The position numbers and the translations under genes are program-made. From an uncultured Chloroflexia bacterium (GTDB taxonomy: Bacteria > Chloroflexota > Limnocylindria > Limnocylindrales > CSP1-4), in contig CAVVAV010000003.1 of the NCBI GenBank assembly GCA_963746405.1, positions 1,427,691 to 1,491,690 on the forward strand: DNA of 64,000 bases, written 5' to 3'. The notes under the pieces were generated by a model. The model searched no databases, was not told the DNA's origin, and saw only the letters and a list, made by a program, of their open reading frames with translations. Of the stretch, positions 28,295-42,804 are shown piece by piece. Each line of letters starts with the position of its first letter. Within the stretch, counting starts at the first letter, position 1.

Positions 28295-30055
28295 GTGAAG
28301 CCCCTGCCCGCCCCCTTCGAAGACCTCGTCGCCGGCCGCCCGGCGAGGATCTCGCTCGCCGGACCGGCCCTCCTCGGCAGTCGCCTGCTGACCAAGGACC
28401 TGGCCTTCCCGGTCGACGAGCGGGAGACATTTCGACTGCGGGGGCTGCTGCCGGCCCGGGTGCTCTCCATCGAGGAGCAGGTCGAGCTCGAGCTCGAGCA
28501 CCTGCGTGTCAAGACCGACCCGCTCGAGCAGTACATCGGCCTCGCCGCGCTGCAGGATCGGAACGCGACGCTGTTCTACCGCCTGCTCGCCGACCACCTC
28601 GAGGAGTTCCTGCCGATCGTGTACACGCCGACGGTCGGGCGGGCGTGCCAGGAGTTCAGCCACATCATCCGGCGCACACGGGGCACCTGGATCACGCCGG
28701 ACGATGTCGACCGCATCCCGGACATCCTCCGCCAGGGCCCGTTCGACGACGTGCGACTGGTCGTCGTGACCGACAACGAGCGGATCCTGGGTCTCGGCGA
28801 CCAGGGCGCGGGCGGCATGGCCATCCCGATCGGCAAGCTCGCCCTCTATACGGCCGCCTGCGGGATCCATCCGTCGCTCACTCTGCCCGTGTCGCTCGAC
28901 GTGGGGACGGACAACCCGTGGTTGCTCGCAGATCCGCTCTACCTCGGGTATCGGGCGCCGCGGCTGCGGGGCGCGGAGTACGACGCGCTGGTCGAAGCCT
29001 TCGTGACCGGGGTCGAGGAGGTCTGGCCCGGCTGCCTGATCCAGTTCGAGGACTTCAAGCAGCACAACGCCCTGCGCCTCATCGACCGCTACCAGGACCG
29101 CGTCCCGTCGTTCAACGACGACATCTCGGGGACCGCGGCGGTCGTCGTCGCGGGGATGCTCGCGGGCCTGCGCGCGACGGGCCGCTCCCTGGCGGACACG
29201 CGGGTCGTGCTCGTGGGGGCGGGCGCCGCAGGAGTCGGGATCGGACGGCTGCTCCGGCTCGCGATGCGCGAGGCCGGTGTGCCGGAGGAGGTCGTGCGCG
29301 AGGCGATCGCGCTCGTCGACACGAAGGGCCTCGTCCATGAGGGCCGCGAAGACCTGGAGTCATCGAAGGCGGACCTGGCGGTGCCGGCGGTCGGCGCCGA
29401 CACGCCGGACGCGGTCGGCGTTGACACGCCCGACCTCGTCGCCACTGTCCGGTCGCGGCGCCCCACGGTGCTCGTCGGCACGACCGGCGTGGCCGGCACG
29501 TTCAGCGAGACCGTCATCCGCGCGATGGCCGATGCGCTCGGTCCGGGTGAGCGCCCGATCGTGCTGCCGCTGAGCAACCCGACGTCGGCCGCCGAGGCCA
29601 CCCCGGCCGAGGTCCTCGCCTGGACCGACGGCCGGGCGATCGTCGCCACCGGCTCGCCGTTCGAGGCGGTCGATGTGGGCGGCCGCGTGCAGGAGATCGG
29701 CCAGGCGAACAACGTGTTCGTCTTCCCGGGCGTCGGGCTGGGTGCCATCGTGGCGGAGGCACGGACCGTGACCGACCGCATGTTCCTCCTCGCCGCGCAC
29801 GAGCTGGCGGCCGCCGTGACCGACGAGCGCCTCACGACCGGGGCGCTGTACCCGCCCGTCTCCTCGCTACGCGAGACGGCCCGCCGGATCGCCGTCGTCG
29901 TCGCGAGCGAGGCCGCGGCCGCCGGCCTGTCCGCCGCTACCGACCGCGGCTCGTTCGATCCGGAGGCGGAAGTTGCGGCAGCCATGTGGTGGCCGGACTA
30001 CGTGCCGTACGCCCCGGCCCGCGTCGGCGAGCGCCGCCAGCGAGCGGAGACATGA
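28295..30055 (+). CDS. NAD(P)-dependent malic enzyme
   Basis: This is the C-terminal 586 aa of track ORF 27281..30055, starting from the GTG. GPALLGSRLLTKDLAFPVDERETFRLRGLLP, VVTDNERILGLGDQGAGGMAIPIGKLALYTAACG and NNVFVFPGVGLGA are malic-enzyme motifs. The upstream 330 aa of the ORF are antisense to the puuE-like gene and not coding. Confidence 0.85.
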   Translation: MKPLPAPFEDLVAGRPARISLAGPALLGSRLLTKDLAFPVDERETFRLRGLLPARVLSIEEQVELELEHLRVKTDPLEQYIGLAALQDRNATLFYRLLADHLEEFLPIVYTPTVGRACQEFSHIIRRTRGTWITPDDVDRIPDILRQGPFDDVRLVVVTDNERILGLGDQGAGGMAIPIGKLALYTAACGIHPSLTLPVSLDVGTDNPWLLADPLYLGYRAPRLRGAEYDALVEAFVTGVEEVWPGCLIQFEDFKQHNALRLIDRYQDRVPSFNDDISGTAAVVVAGMLAGLRATGRSLADTRVVLVGAGAAGVGIGRLLRLAMREAGVPEEVVREAIALVDTKGLVHEGREDLESSKADLAVPAVGADTPDAVGVDTPDLVATVRSRRPTVLVGTTGVAGTFSETVIRAMADALGPGERPIVLPLSNPTSAAEATPAEVLAWTDGRAIVATGSPFEAVDVGGRVQEIGQANNVFVFPGVGLGAIVAEARTVTDRMFLLAAHELAAAVTDERLTTGALYPPVSSLRETARRIAVVVASEAAAAGLSAATDRGSFDPEAEVAAAMWWPDYVPYAPARVGERRQRAET

Positions 30056-30059
30056 TCCC

Positions 30060-31214
30060 GTGACGATCTCGGTCCGGGCAGCCGTGCTCGAGGAGGTCGG
30101 CCGGCCGGTCGCGATCACCGAGCTCGACCTCATCGAGCCACGCGCCGGCGAGGTCCGCGTCCGGATGCTCGCGTCCGGCGTCTGCCATTCGGACCTACAC
30201 GTCCGCGACGGGGAGTGGGACCGCCCGACTCCGATCGTCATGGGCCACGAGGGCGCGGGTGCCGTCGAGGCGGTCGGTCCTGGCGTGACGTCGCCGCGGG
30301 TCGGCCAGCTCGTGGCGCTGTCGTGGCTCATCCCGTGTGGCGTTTGTCGATCGTGCCGGCGCGGCCACATCTGGGCCTGCCCCGACTCCCCGTCGTACCG
30401 GCACGCGCTGCTCGACGGGACCTCGCCGTTCACGCGGCCGGGGGCGACGGGCCGCGCCGCCGACGACGACGCGAACCCCGGCGAGCCCGTCCGCGCGTAC
30501 TGCGCGATCTCGACGATGGCGGAGGCGGCCGTCGTCCCGGCCGCAGCGGCGATCCCCCTCCCCGACGGCACCGACCCAGCCGTCGCGGCGCTCATCGGCT
30601 GCTGTGTCACGACCGGTGTGGGCGCCGTGCTCAAGACCGCGGCCGTGCCGGCCGGGTCGTCGGTGGCGGTCATCGGGCTCGGCGGCGTCGGGCTGTCCTG
30701 CGTGATGGGCGCCGTGGTCGCTGACGCGGCCCGGATCATCGCGATCGATCGCGTCGCATCGAAGCTCGACACAGCCCGCGCGGTCGGCGCGTCGGACACG
30801 ATCCTGGCAGGTGACGACCCCTCCCTGACGATCGACGCGCTGCGCGACCTCACGGACGGCGGCCCGGATTTCGTCTTCGAGGCCATCGGCCGGGTCGACA
30901 CGGCAGAGCTCGCGATCGCCGCGCTGCCGGTCGGCGGGACGGCCGTGCTCGTCGGCATGACGCCGCTCGGCGCCCGCGCCCGGTTCGAGGTCTATCCGTT
31001 CGTCGATGGGTCGCGCCGTATCCTCGGCTCGAACTACGGCTTCGCGGAGCCCGCCATCGACTTCCCGCGCTACGCCGCGTGGACCCTCGACGGCCGCCTG
31101 CCCATCGACCGCCTCATCGATCGACGGATCGGGCTCGACGACGTCGAGGACGCTTTCGAGGCGATGCGACGCGGCGAGTACACCCGCCAGGTCATCGAGT
31201 TCGGTGAGCGGTGA
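30060..31214 (+). CDS. zinc-dependent alcohol dehydrogenase (MDR family)
   Basis: GTG start immediately after the malic-enzyme stop. GVCHSDLH, GHEGAGAVEAVG and the structural-Zn Cys cluster CGVCRSCRRG are present, with a GLGGVG Rossmann motif. Confidence 0.85.
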   Translation: MTISVRAAVLEEVGRPVAITELDLIEPRAGEVRVRMLASGVCHSDLHVRDGEWDRPTPIVMGHEGAGAVEAVGPGVTSPRVGQLVALSWLIPCGVCRSCRRGHIWACPDSPSYRHALLDGTSPFTRPGATGRAADDDANPGEPVRAYCAISTMAEAAVVPAAAAIPLPDGTDPAVAALIGCCVTTGVGAVLKTAAVPAGSSVAVIGLGGVGLSCVMGAVVADAARIIAIDRVASKLDTARAVGASDTILAGDDPSLTIDALRDLTDGGPDFVFEAIGRVDTAELAIAALPVGGTAVLVGMTPLGARARFEVYPFVDGSRRILGSNYGFAEPAIDFPRYAAWTLDGRLPIDRLIDRRIGLDDVEDAFEAMRRGEYTRQVIEFGER

Positions 31215-31230
31215 TGGAAGGAGACCGGCC

Positions 31231-31674
31231 ATGAAGGCTTTCGAGCCACTGATGGGCGAATGGCACGGCGAGGGCGAGATGCCGATCGAACCGCCGATGA
31301 AGATCACCGTGGACGCGAAGATCGAGCGCCTGGGCGAGTTCGTCGTCTTCAGCACGGTCGCCCAGCCCGCGGAAGTGCCGAACAGCGTGTCGATCATCGG
31401 CGGCGCGCCCGACGGCGAGCCGCAACCGATGCACTACTTCGATTCGCGCGGGGTCAAGCGGCTGTTCATGATGGCCCTCGACGGCTCCACGCTGAAGATC
31501 TGGCGGGCGCCCGGCGAGGATTGGAACGGCCCCGACGGCCCCGGGTTCAACCAGCGCTTCATCGGCGAGCTCTCGGCCGACGGCACGAGGATCGATGGCC
31601 GGTGGGAGCGCGGCATGGGGGACGCGGGTGACCAGTGGGAGATGGACTTCCCGATCGACTACGTCCGCAAATGA
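31231..31674 (+). CDS. hypothetical protein (DUF1579/lipocalin-like, low-confidence family call)
   Basis: ATG after GGAAGGAG. 148 aa, MKAFEPLMGEWHGEGEMPIEPP.... Confidence 0.5.
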   Translation: MKAFEPLMGEWHGEGEMPIEPPMKITVDAKIERLGEFVVFSTVAQPAEVPNSVSIIGGAPDGEPQPMHYFDSRGVKRLFMMALDGSTLKIWRAPGEDWNGPDGPGFNQRFIGELSADGTRIDGRWERGMGDAGDQWEMDFPIDYVRK

Positions 31675-31686
31675 CGCCGTGGGCTC

Positions 31687-33120
31687 CTAGCCGCCGGAAC
31701 CGGGCGAGCCCGGCGACGACCCGGGGTCGCTGACGGGCACCACGTCCTCCTCGGCGTCGGCGATGACCGGCGGTTCGGGCTCCTCGATCGGCGGCAGTAG
31801 CCGCTCCCCGGTGATCAGCCGCGTGCCGCGGCCGTGGGTCAGGAAGCTGCCCGCCCAGCGGACGATCACGACGACGCGGTTCGCGAAGCCGATGAGATAC
31901 GCGATGTGGATGCCGAGCCACAGCAACCACGCCGTCAGGCCACCCTGCTTCCCGAACGGGCCCATCCACGGGATGTTCGTCACGCCGGCAAGGCGGCCGA
32001 TGACCGCCACGTCGCCCTTGTTGCTGTAGCGGAACGGCTCGTGCGGTCGATAGAGCACGCGCCGCCGGATGACGCCCGCCGCGTAGCTGCCGCCCTGGAT
32101 CCCTCCCTGGGCGACGCCCGGGGTCGGCTGTCCGTCCTTCCAGGGTTGCACCGCCGCGTCGCCGACGACGAAGATCTCGGGATGCCCGGGGACGGTCAGG
32201 TCGGGTTCGACGAGGACCCGTCCGTTGCGGTCCGTCTCGGCCCCGGTGGCTTCCGCGACACGCCGCGCGAACGATGACGCGAGCACGCCGGCCGCCCACA
32301 GGACGGTCCGCGCCGGGATGACCTCCTCGGGGGCGCCTTCGCCGGCCGTGACATCGACGACGCGCACCGACCGGTCGTCGATCGAGGTGACCCTCGTGTT
32401 CGTGCGGACCGTCACCCCCAACCGCTCGAGTTGCCGCCGGGCGGACGCGGAGCGATCGGGCGGGTAGGTCGGGAGAACGCGATCCATGGCCTCAACGAGG
32501 ATGATCCGGGCATCCGCCGGGTCGATGGCGCGGAAGTCGCGGCGCAGCGTGTCGCGGGCGATCTCGCCGAGCGATCCGGCCAGCTCGACGCCCGTCGGGC
32601 CACCGCCGACGAGCACGAACATCATCCACTCCCGCCGCCGTTCCGGATCGGCTTCCCGTTCCGCGGCCTCGAAGGCGATGAGGATGCGCCGCCGGATCTC
32701 CATCGCGTCCTCGAGGGTCTTGAGACCGGGCGCCAAATCCTCCCATTCGTCATTGCCGAAGTACGTGTGGCGGGCACCCGTGGCGACGATCAGCGAGTCG
32801 TACTCGATCGGTCCACCGTCGGCCAGGATCACCCGCTTGCCCTCGACGTCGAGATCGACCGCCTCTCCCAGGATCACCGTCGTGTTGCGCTGCCTGCGCA
32901 GCACCGAGCGGAGCGGCTGGGCGATCTCGCCCGGCGACAGGGCACCGGTCGCGACCTGGTACAGCATCGGCTGGAACAGGTGGAAGTTGCGCCGGTCGAC
33001 GAGTGTCAGGGCCACCTCCGGGTCGTGACCCAGGCTCCGCGCCGCGTACAGGCCGCCGAACCCGCCGCCGACGATCACGACGCGATGGCGCTCTCGTTTC
33101 GTGGTTGGCTGATCCGTCAT
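31687..33120 (-). CDS. ndh: type II NADH:quinone oxidoreductase (NDH-2)
   Basis: VVIVGGGFGG, VLVGGGPTGVELAG and FVVGDAA are the two Rossmann motifs of NDH-2. It has C-terminal membrane-association helices. Confidence 0.85.
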   Translation of the reverse strand: MTDQPTTKRERHRVVIVGGGFGGLYAARSLGHDPEVALTLVDRRNFHLFQPMLYQVATGALSPGEIAQPLRSVLRRQRNTTVILGEAVDLDVEGKRVILADGGPIEYDSLIVATGARHTYFGNDEWEDLAPGLKTLEDAMEIRRRILIAFEAAEREADPERRREWMMFVLVGGGPTGVELAGSLGEIARDTLRRDFRAIDPADARIILVEAMDRVLPTYPPDRSASARRQLERLGVTVRTNTRVTSIDDRSVRVVDVTAGEGAPEEVIPARTVLWAAGVLASSFARRVAEATGAETDRNGRVLVEPDLTVPGHPEIFVVGDAAVQPWKDGQPTPGVAQGGIQGGSYAAGVIRRRVLYRPHEPFRYSNKGDVAVIGRLAGVTNIPWMGPFGKQGGLTAWLLWLGIHIAYLIGFANRVVVIVRWAGSFLTHGRGTRLITGERLLPPIEEPEPPVIADAEEDVVPVSDPGSSPGSPGSGG

Positions 33121-33209
33121 GGACCGATGCTAGCGCGCTGCAAGCCACCCGTGATGCGCGGGCCGGTCGTGTGGGCAGGGTGCGAGGCGCCACGGTCCTC
33201 AATGGGCGC

Positions 33210-34961
<1,752 letters not shown>

Positions 34962-35000
34962 AAACTGCGGTGCGCCTCCGCACCGCTCGCTCTGACGATG

Positions 35001-35612
35001 TCAGCCCTCGGCGCGGCCCGTCGGTTCGGTCGGCTTCGGCGCAGCCCGACCTGCCGCGACAGCGCGACGCGGACGGTCGATCTTCGGCTTCGCCGGTCGA
35101 TCGGCCTTGGCGACCGGGCGATCGGCTTTGGCCGGTGCCGAGCGGTCGGTCTTGGGCGGGCCCGTGCCATTGGTCCTGGGCGCGCCCGTGCGCTCGCCGG
35201 TAGGCTTGCCCGGCCCCACCGCGACGGGAGCCCGGCCGCCGATCGCCGCGATGTCCCAGTGCGGCTCGGGCAACCGATCGGTCGGGTGCGGCGGTTCGAA
35301 CTCGGGCAGGCGCGCGGTCACCATCCCGCCCGAGGCGGGATCGATCAGCTCGATCTGGCCGTCCTCGAAGTCCTCCTGGCATCGATAGCAGCGCGAGGAA
35401 TCGAGGTCGTTGGCGGACCGGCAGTACCCGCAGATCCAGAGTGCGCCGATCTGGGTCGCCCGATATCGGCTCGTCCGCGGCTGCACGATGAAGCGGTACA
35501 GCAGCCATGCCACCGTCGGGCCGGTCAGGAGCGCGATCGCGATCAACGCCCCCGGCAAAAGGCCGATCCCGTCCTCGAGTGCGCGTACCGACGCGTCGAT
35601 ATCGATATCCAT
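35001..35612 (-). CDS. membrane protein with zinc-ribbon (CxxC...CxxC) and Lys/Pro-rich repetitive tail
   Basis: MDIDIDASVRAL..., one TM helix, WICGYCRSAND...SRCYRCQ, then repeats KADRPVAKADRPAKPKIDRP. Tandem nucleotide repeats occur at about 35040-35200. Confidence 0.5.
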   Translation of the reverse strand: MDIDIDASVRALEDGIGLLPGALIAIALLTGPTVAWLLYRFIVQPRTSRYRATQIGALWICGYCRSANDLDSSRCYRCQEDFEDGQIELIDPASGGMVTARLPEFEPPHPTDRLPEPHWDIAAIGGRAPVAVGPGKPTGERTGAPRTNGTGPPKTDRSAPAKADRPVAKADRPAKPKIDRPRRAVAAGRAAPKPTEPTGRAEG

Positions 35613-35692
35613 CGTCCCCCACGATCCCCACTACGACGGGCGATCACTGGAAGACTACACCCAACCCGTCCGAACCTCCCGGAACGGAACCG

Positions 35693-38476
<2,784 letters not shown>

Positions 38477-38612
38477 CGAGCGGGTCCTCCGGAGTCGGGG
38501 CGGCGGACGGGCCGGCGTCTCGGCACACGCGTCCGCGAGTCATCGTCGGTTGCCCGGGGATTGTACCGTCGGTCCGCGCCGTCGGGCCGTTACCATCGTC
38601 GCGAACGTCCCG

Positions 38613-39521
38613 ATGGAGATCGCGCCACCGATGACCGACCTCGCCAGCACCGCGCCGGCAGCCTCGCCCGCCGCCGCTCCACCACCCGGCATCGTCGCCA
38701 CCGACGACGAGCGCTACAACGCGACGCTCGTGAAGCGCGCGGACCAGCACGACAGCCTGGCCTACTTCTGGGTCCGTTTCGACGAGGAGCCGACGCCGTT
38801 CGAGCCCGGGCAGTACATGACGATCGGTGTCTTCGTCGACGGCAAGATCGTGCAGCGGCCGTATTCGGTCGCGTCCGCGCCGAGCGTGGCCGGCGACACG
38901 GGCTACGAGTTCTACCTGCGGCTGGTCGTGGGTGGAACGTTCACGCCGGTCCTGTGGGACCTGCCGGTGGGTCACCGGATGCGGATGATCGGCCCGAAGG
39001 GCAAGTTCCTCCTGGAACCCGACGACGACCGAGCCCACCTGTTCGTCTCGTCGGGGACGGGCAACGCGCCGTTCGTCTCGATGATGCGCGATTCGCTGGC
39101 GGCGGGCCGCCCCCGGCGGGCGATCTTCCTCAATGGTGTGTCGCATGAGCGCGACCTGGGCTATCGCGAGCTCGTCGAGGGCTGGGAGGCGTCCGGGGAG
39201 TACCCGGTCACGTTCGTGCCGACCGTCTCCCGTCCCGACGATCCGTCGAACGCGGGCTGGACCGGGCGGACCGGCCGCGTGGAGACGATCGTCGGTCCGG
39301 TCGTCGACGAGCTCGGGCTCGATCCGGGTGGCACGATCGCGTACCTGTGCGGCAACCCGGACATGATCCTGTCCGCGGAGCAGACGCTCCTGGAGCTCGG
39401 CCTGCCCGAGACCGCGGTCAAGAAGGAGCTGTACTGGCCCAAGGGCAAGGAACCCCGGGGCGTGGCGGGCGCGGACCTGGCTGCCGCCATCGACGCCGCC
39501 GAGGCGAACGCCGACCAGTAG
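38613..39521 (+). CDS. ferredoxin--NADP+ reductase-type FAD/NAD(P)-binding oxidoreductase
   Basis: RPYSVASAP (the FAD-binding RxYS motif) and LFVSSGTGNAPF (NAD(P) binding) are present. Start is at MEIAPPMTDL inside track ORF 38427..39521. Confidence 0.8.
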   Translation: MEIAPPMTDLASTAPAASPAAAPPPGIVATDDERYNATLVKRADQHDSLAYFWVRFDEEPTPFEPGQYMTIGVFVDGKIVQRPYSVASAPSVAGDTGYEFYLRLVVGGTFTPVLWDLPVGHRMRMIGPKGKFLLEPDDDRAHLFVSSGTGNAPFVSMMRDSLAAGRPRRAIFLNGVSHERDLGYRELVEGWEASGEYPVTFVPTVSRPDDPSNAGWTGRTGRVETIVGPVVDELGLDPGGTIAYLCGNPDMILSAEQTLLELGLPETAVKKELYWPKGKEPRGVAGADLAAAIDAAEANADQ

Positions 39522-39560
39522 ACGTCGCGGGACGCGGCGCGGCGCGGCCCGCCAGCGGCG

Positions 39561-40535
39561 TTACTCGGCCGTCGTGTGCTGGCGCCGGTAGTGCCGGGCG
39601 AGCGCGTCCTCGCCCCAGTCGTTGTGGAGGTCGCGCCAGACCGCGTGGATGTGGTTGGCCCCATTCTGGGTGTTGTCATACTCGACGAGGAATCCGGGGC
39701 CGCGGACCGCGTAGTAGTGGCCACGACCCGGGTCCGCTGGACCGGCCCACGCGAAGGTCACCGCGGCGAGGCCGGCATCCGCGATCCGGTCCCAATCCGC
39801 GGCGGCCACTTCGTCCCGAGCGCGCCCGAGGTAGTGCTTGATGAGCCGCTCGAGTCCCTCCTGCTGCGGCGGGGCCAGTGCGTCGTGGCGGATTCCGCTC
39901 GGGACCGCCGAGACGTCGGCGCGCGCGCCGATCCCGCTCAGGATGTCGGGCGGCGCCACGGGATCGACGATCGCGATCGCCCGCTGCTCCGCTGACAGGG
40001 CGCCAAGGAGCGCACGCGCGAGTGCTTCCTCACCGGTGAGCGCTCTCGCACCCGCCGTCGGTCCACGGGGCACGACGGCCGGGTTGGCGCCGAGGAAGGA
40101 CGGCGCGCTGCCCACGACCTCCCCGTTGGCCACGGTCAGGTGGATGGCCACGTGGTGCCCGCCGATGCGCCACGACCACGGCCCCGGGGCAGCCGGGTCC
40201 CCGAAGACCGCCCACCAGTAGCGCTCCGGGTCGCGGGCGTGCCCGCTCCGACCGCTCTCCCGCTCGAGCTCCCCGAGGATCGACTCGAGCGCCATGACCG
40301 CCGCGACCTCGTCCGCCCCGCGCGCGCTCATCGCGGCGCCGATGACGGCAATCGCCGCCGAGCGCTGGTCCGGACGCATGTCTGCGAACGCAAGGCCGCC
40401 GCGCTCGCCGGGTCGATAGTCCCAGGCGACGCGCTCGCGACCCTCGAACGGGAACGTCGCCGTCTCGCGCTGGCTGGTGTCAAGCCCATCGAGCCAAGCG
40501 CGGACGGACCGAGCCAGCTCCTCGGCCGGGGTCAC
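39561..40535 (-). CDS. DUF3500-family protein
   Basis: Conserved C-terminal part ...HYYAVRGPGFLVEYDNTQNGANHIHAVWRD.... The likely GTG start overlaps the glyQS stop (GTGA). The track ORF extends to 40673. Confidence 0.65.
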   Translation of the reverse strand: MTPAEELARSVRAWLDGLDTSQRETATFPFEGRERVAWDYRPGERGGLAFADMRPDQRSAAIAVIGAAMSARGADEVAAVMALESILGELERESGRSGHARDPERYWWAVFGDPAAPGPWSWRIGGHHVAIHLTVANGEVVGSAPSFLGANPAVVPRGPTAGARALTGEEALARALLGALSAEQRAIAIVDPVAPPDILSGIGARADVSAVPSGIRHDALAPPQQEGLERLIKHYLGRARDEVAAADWDRIADAGLAAVTFAWAGPADPGRGHYYAVRGPGFLVEYDNTQNGANHIHAVWRDLHNDWGEDALARHYRRQHTTAE

Positions 40536-41956
40536 CGCCGCGCCGCCTCCAATCGATCGAGGATCAACCGCGTCACCCCTTCGACCGGCACGCGCTCCTG
40601 GCTCATCGAATCCCGGTCGCGCACCGTGACCGCCCCGTCCTCGAGCGACTCCACGTCGACCGTCACGCACCACGGGGTGCCGATCTCATCCTGGCGCCGA
40701 TACAGCTTGCCGATCGCGGCCGTGTCGTCGTAGACCGCCATCGTGTGGCGCTTGAGGTCGTCCTTGATGCGGTGGGCGAGCTCGACGATCTCGGGTCGCT
40801 TCTTGAGCAGCGGCAGCACGGCGACCTTGTACGGCGTCAGGTCCGGGTGGAGCGCCAGCGACACGCGCGTCTCGCCGCGGACCTCCTCCTCCCGGTAGGC
40901 GTCGATCAGGAAGGTGAACGCGGCGCGATCCGCCCCGGCGGCCGTCTCGACGACCCATGGGATCACGTGCTCGTTCGTTGCCTGGTCGAAATACTCGAGG
41001 CTTTCGCCCGACGCCTCCGAATGCCGCGACAGGTCGAAGTCGCCGCGATTGTGGACGCCCTCGAGCTCCTTCCAGCCGAACGGGAATCGGTACTCGACGT
41101 CGACGGCCTTCTTCGCGTAGTGCGCCAGCTCGTCCGGCGCGTGCTCGCGCAGCCGCAGGCGTGACGGCGTGACGCCGTAGCGCTCGTACCAGGCGCGGCG
41201 GGCGGGGAGCCATTCCTCGAAGGCGGCGGCCGCCTCGGCCTCGGGCCGCACGAAGTACTGCATCTCCATCTGCTCGAACTCGCGCATCCGGAACACGAAG
41301 TTGCCCGGCGAGATCTCGTTGCGGAACGACTTCCCGATCTGGGCGATCCCGAACGGCAGCTTCTTGCGGCTCGACTGCTGGACGTTCTTGAAGTTCACGT
41401 ACGAGCCCTGTGCGGTCTCGGGCCGGAGATAGATGACCGATGCGTCCTCCTCGACCGGGCCCATGAACGTCTTGAACATCAGGTTGAACCGGCGCGGCGC
41501 AGACAGCGGCCCGCCGTCGACCGGGCACTTCAGACCGAGACGCTCGACGATCCCCGGGTCGGCCAGGTCGGTCGCGGACAGCCCCTCGGCGCCCGGCAGC
41601 TCGTCGAGCCGGAAGCGACGGTGATCGGTCAGGCATTCGACCAGCGGGTCGCTGAAGGAGCCGACGTGGCCGGACGTCACCCACACCTGCGGGTGCATGA
41701 GGATCCCGGCATCGAGCCCGACGATGTCGTCGCGCTCCTGGACCATCGACCGCCACCAGGCACGCTTGACGTTGTTCTTCAGCTCGACCCCGAGCGGGCC
41801 GTAGTCCCAGACCGCGTTGATGCCGCCGTAGATCTCCGATGACGGGAAGATGAAGCCGCGCCGCTTCGACAGCGAGACGATCGTGTCGAGATCGGCGATC
41901 GCGGGCGCGACGTCGTCTGGCGCGACCTCGCTCGGGTCGGTCTTGGGGAGGGTCAC
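40532..41956 (-). CDS. glyQS: glycine--tRNA ligase (dimeric class II GlyRS)
   Basis: 474 aa. FIFPSSEIYGG, class II motifs FRNEISPGNFVFRMREFEQMEMQYF and an anticodon-binding domain are present. Confidence 0.9.
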   Translation of the reverse strand: MTLPKTDPSEVAPDDVAPAIADLDTIVSLSKRRGFIFPSSEIYGGINAVWDYGPLGVELKNNVKRAWWRSMVQERDDIVGLDAGILMHPQVWVTSGHVGSFSDPLVECLTDHRRFRLDELPGAEGLSATDLADPGIVERLGLKCPVDGGPLSAPRRFNLMFKTFMGPVEEDASVIYLRPETAQGSYVNFKNVQQSSRKKLPFGIAQIGKSFRNEISPGNFVFRMREFEQMEMQYFVRPEAEAAAAFEEWLPARRAWYERYGVTPSRLRLREHAPDELAHYAKKAVDVEYRFPFGWKELEGVHNRGDFDLSRHSEASGESLEYFDQATNEHVIPWVVETAAGADRAAFTFLIDAYREEEVRGETRVSLALHPDLTPYKVAVLPLLKKRPEIVELAHRIKDDLKRHTMAVYDDTAAIGKLYRRQDEIGTPWCVTVDVESLEDGAVTVRDRDSMSQERVPVEGVTRLILDRLEAARR

Positions 41957-42089
41957 GGGTGGGGTCTCCGAGGGGGCGCCGGACCTGGCATGGCCGGCCG
42001 CGAGGACTGGGCCCCGATGCTAGCAGAGAACCACGGGCCGCCGAGAGCCTGGGGGCCTTGACATCCGGTTCCCGTGCGGTATTGTTCGG

Positions 42090-42125
42090 TCGTTCGACCG
42101 ATATCGGTCGGTCGACCGATAGCCC
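42090..42125. promoter_or_regulatory. palindromic operator-like site (CGACCGATATCGGTCG plus repeated half-site TCGACCGATA) upstream of the DUF1326 gene
   Basis: A perfect 16-bp palindrome followed by a third half-site lies in the 208-bp intergenic region before ATG 42165. A TetR-family gene is encoded in the same gene string. Confidence 0.4.
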
Positions 42126-42164
42126 CGAGAGGACGAGCGGGGCGACAAGACGGAGGGGTGCGAC

Positions 42165-42773
42165 ATGGCGTACGAGATCGAAGGACGACTCCTGGAGGTC
42201 TGTACCTGCAACGTCCTGTGTCCGTGCTGGGTCGGCGAGGACCCCGACTTCAAGACGTGCGACACGGTCATCGCCTGGGGGATCGAGAAGGGCTCGATCG
42301 AGGGCGTGAATGTGGACGGGCTCACGATGGCGGTCTCGGCGCACATCCCCAAGAACATCCTGATCCCGAAGTCCTGGAAAGCGGTCGTGTTCGTGGACGA
42401 GCGCGCCACCGCCGAGCAGGAAGGCGCGCTGCTGCAGCTGTTCACGGGGCAGCTCGGCGGGGCGATCGCGGATCTGGCCGGCCTCATCGGGGAGGTCGTC
42501 GCCGTCGAGCGGGCACCGATCAACTTCACGGTCGATGGCGGGAAAGGCAAGCTCACGATCGGTTCGCGGGTGCAGGCGGAGATGGCGCCATTCGTCGGCG
42601 CGACGGGCAACCCGACCACCCTCGCCGAGACCGTCTTCAGCACGATCCCGGGTTCGCCCGTCTATGCGAGCAAGGCGAGCCAGTACACACGTGACGGGGA
42701 GGGCCACGGCATCCCCAGCGTCGACCTGCAAGACCATAACGCCCTCCAGGGCCACTTCCGCTTCGCCGCCTGA
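42165..42773 (+). CDS. DUF1326-family protein (CxCxxxCPC motif)
   Basis: MAYEIEGRLLEVCTCNVLCPCWVGEDPDFKTCDTVIAW.... The N-terminal cysteine cluster is typical of DUF1326, the COG5588 partner of DUF2182. Confidence 0.7.
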   Translation: MAYEIEGRLLEVCTCNVLCPCWVGEDPDFKTCDTVIAWGIEKGSIEGVNVDGLTMAVSAHIPKNILIPKSWKAVVFVDERATAEQEGALLQLFTGQLGGAIADLAGLIGEVVAVERAPINFTVDGGKGKLTIGSRVQAEMAPFVGATGNPTTLAETVFSTIPGSPVYASKASQYTRDGEGHGIPSVDLQDHNALQGHFRFAA

Positions 42774-42804
42774 CGGCGCGCGGACGCCGAGATCGGACTG
42801 ACCG

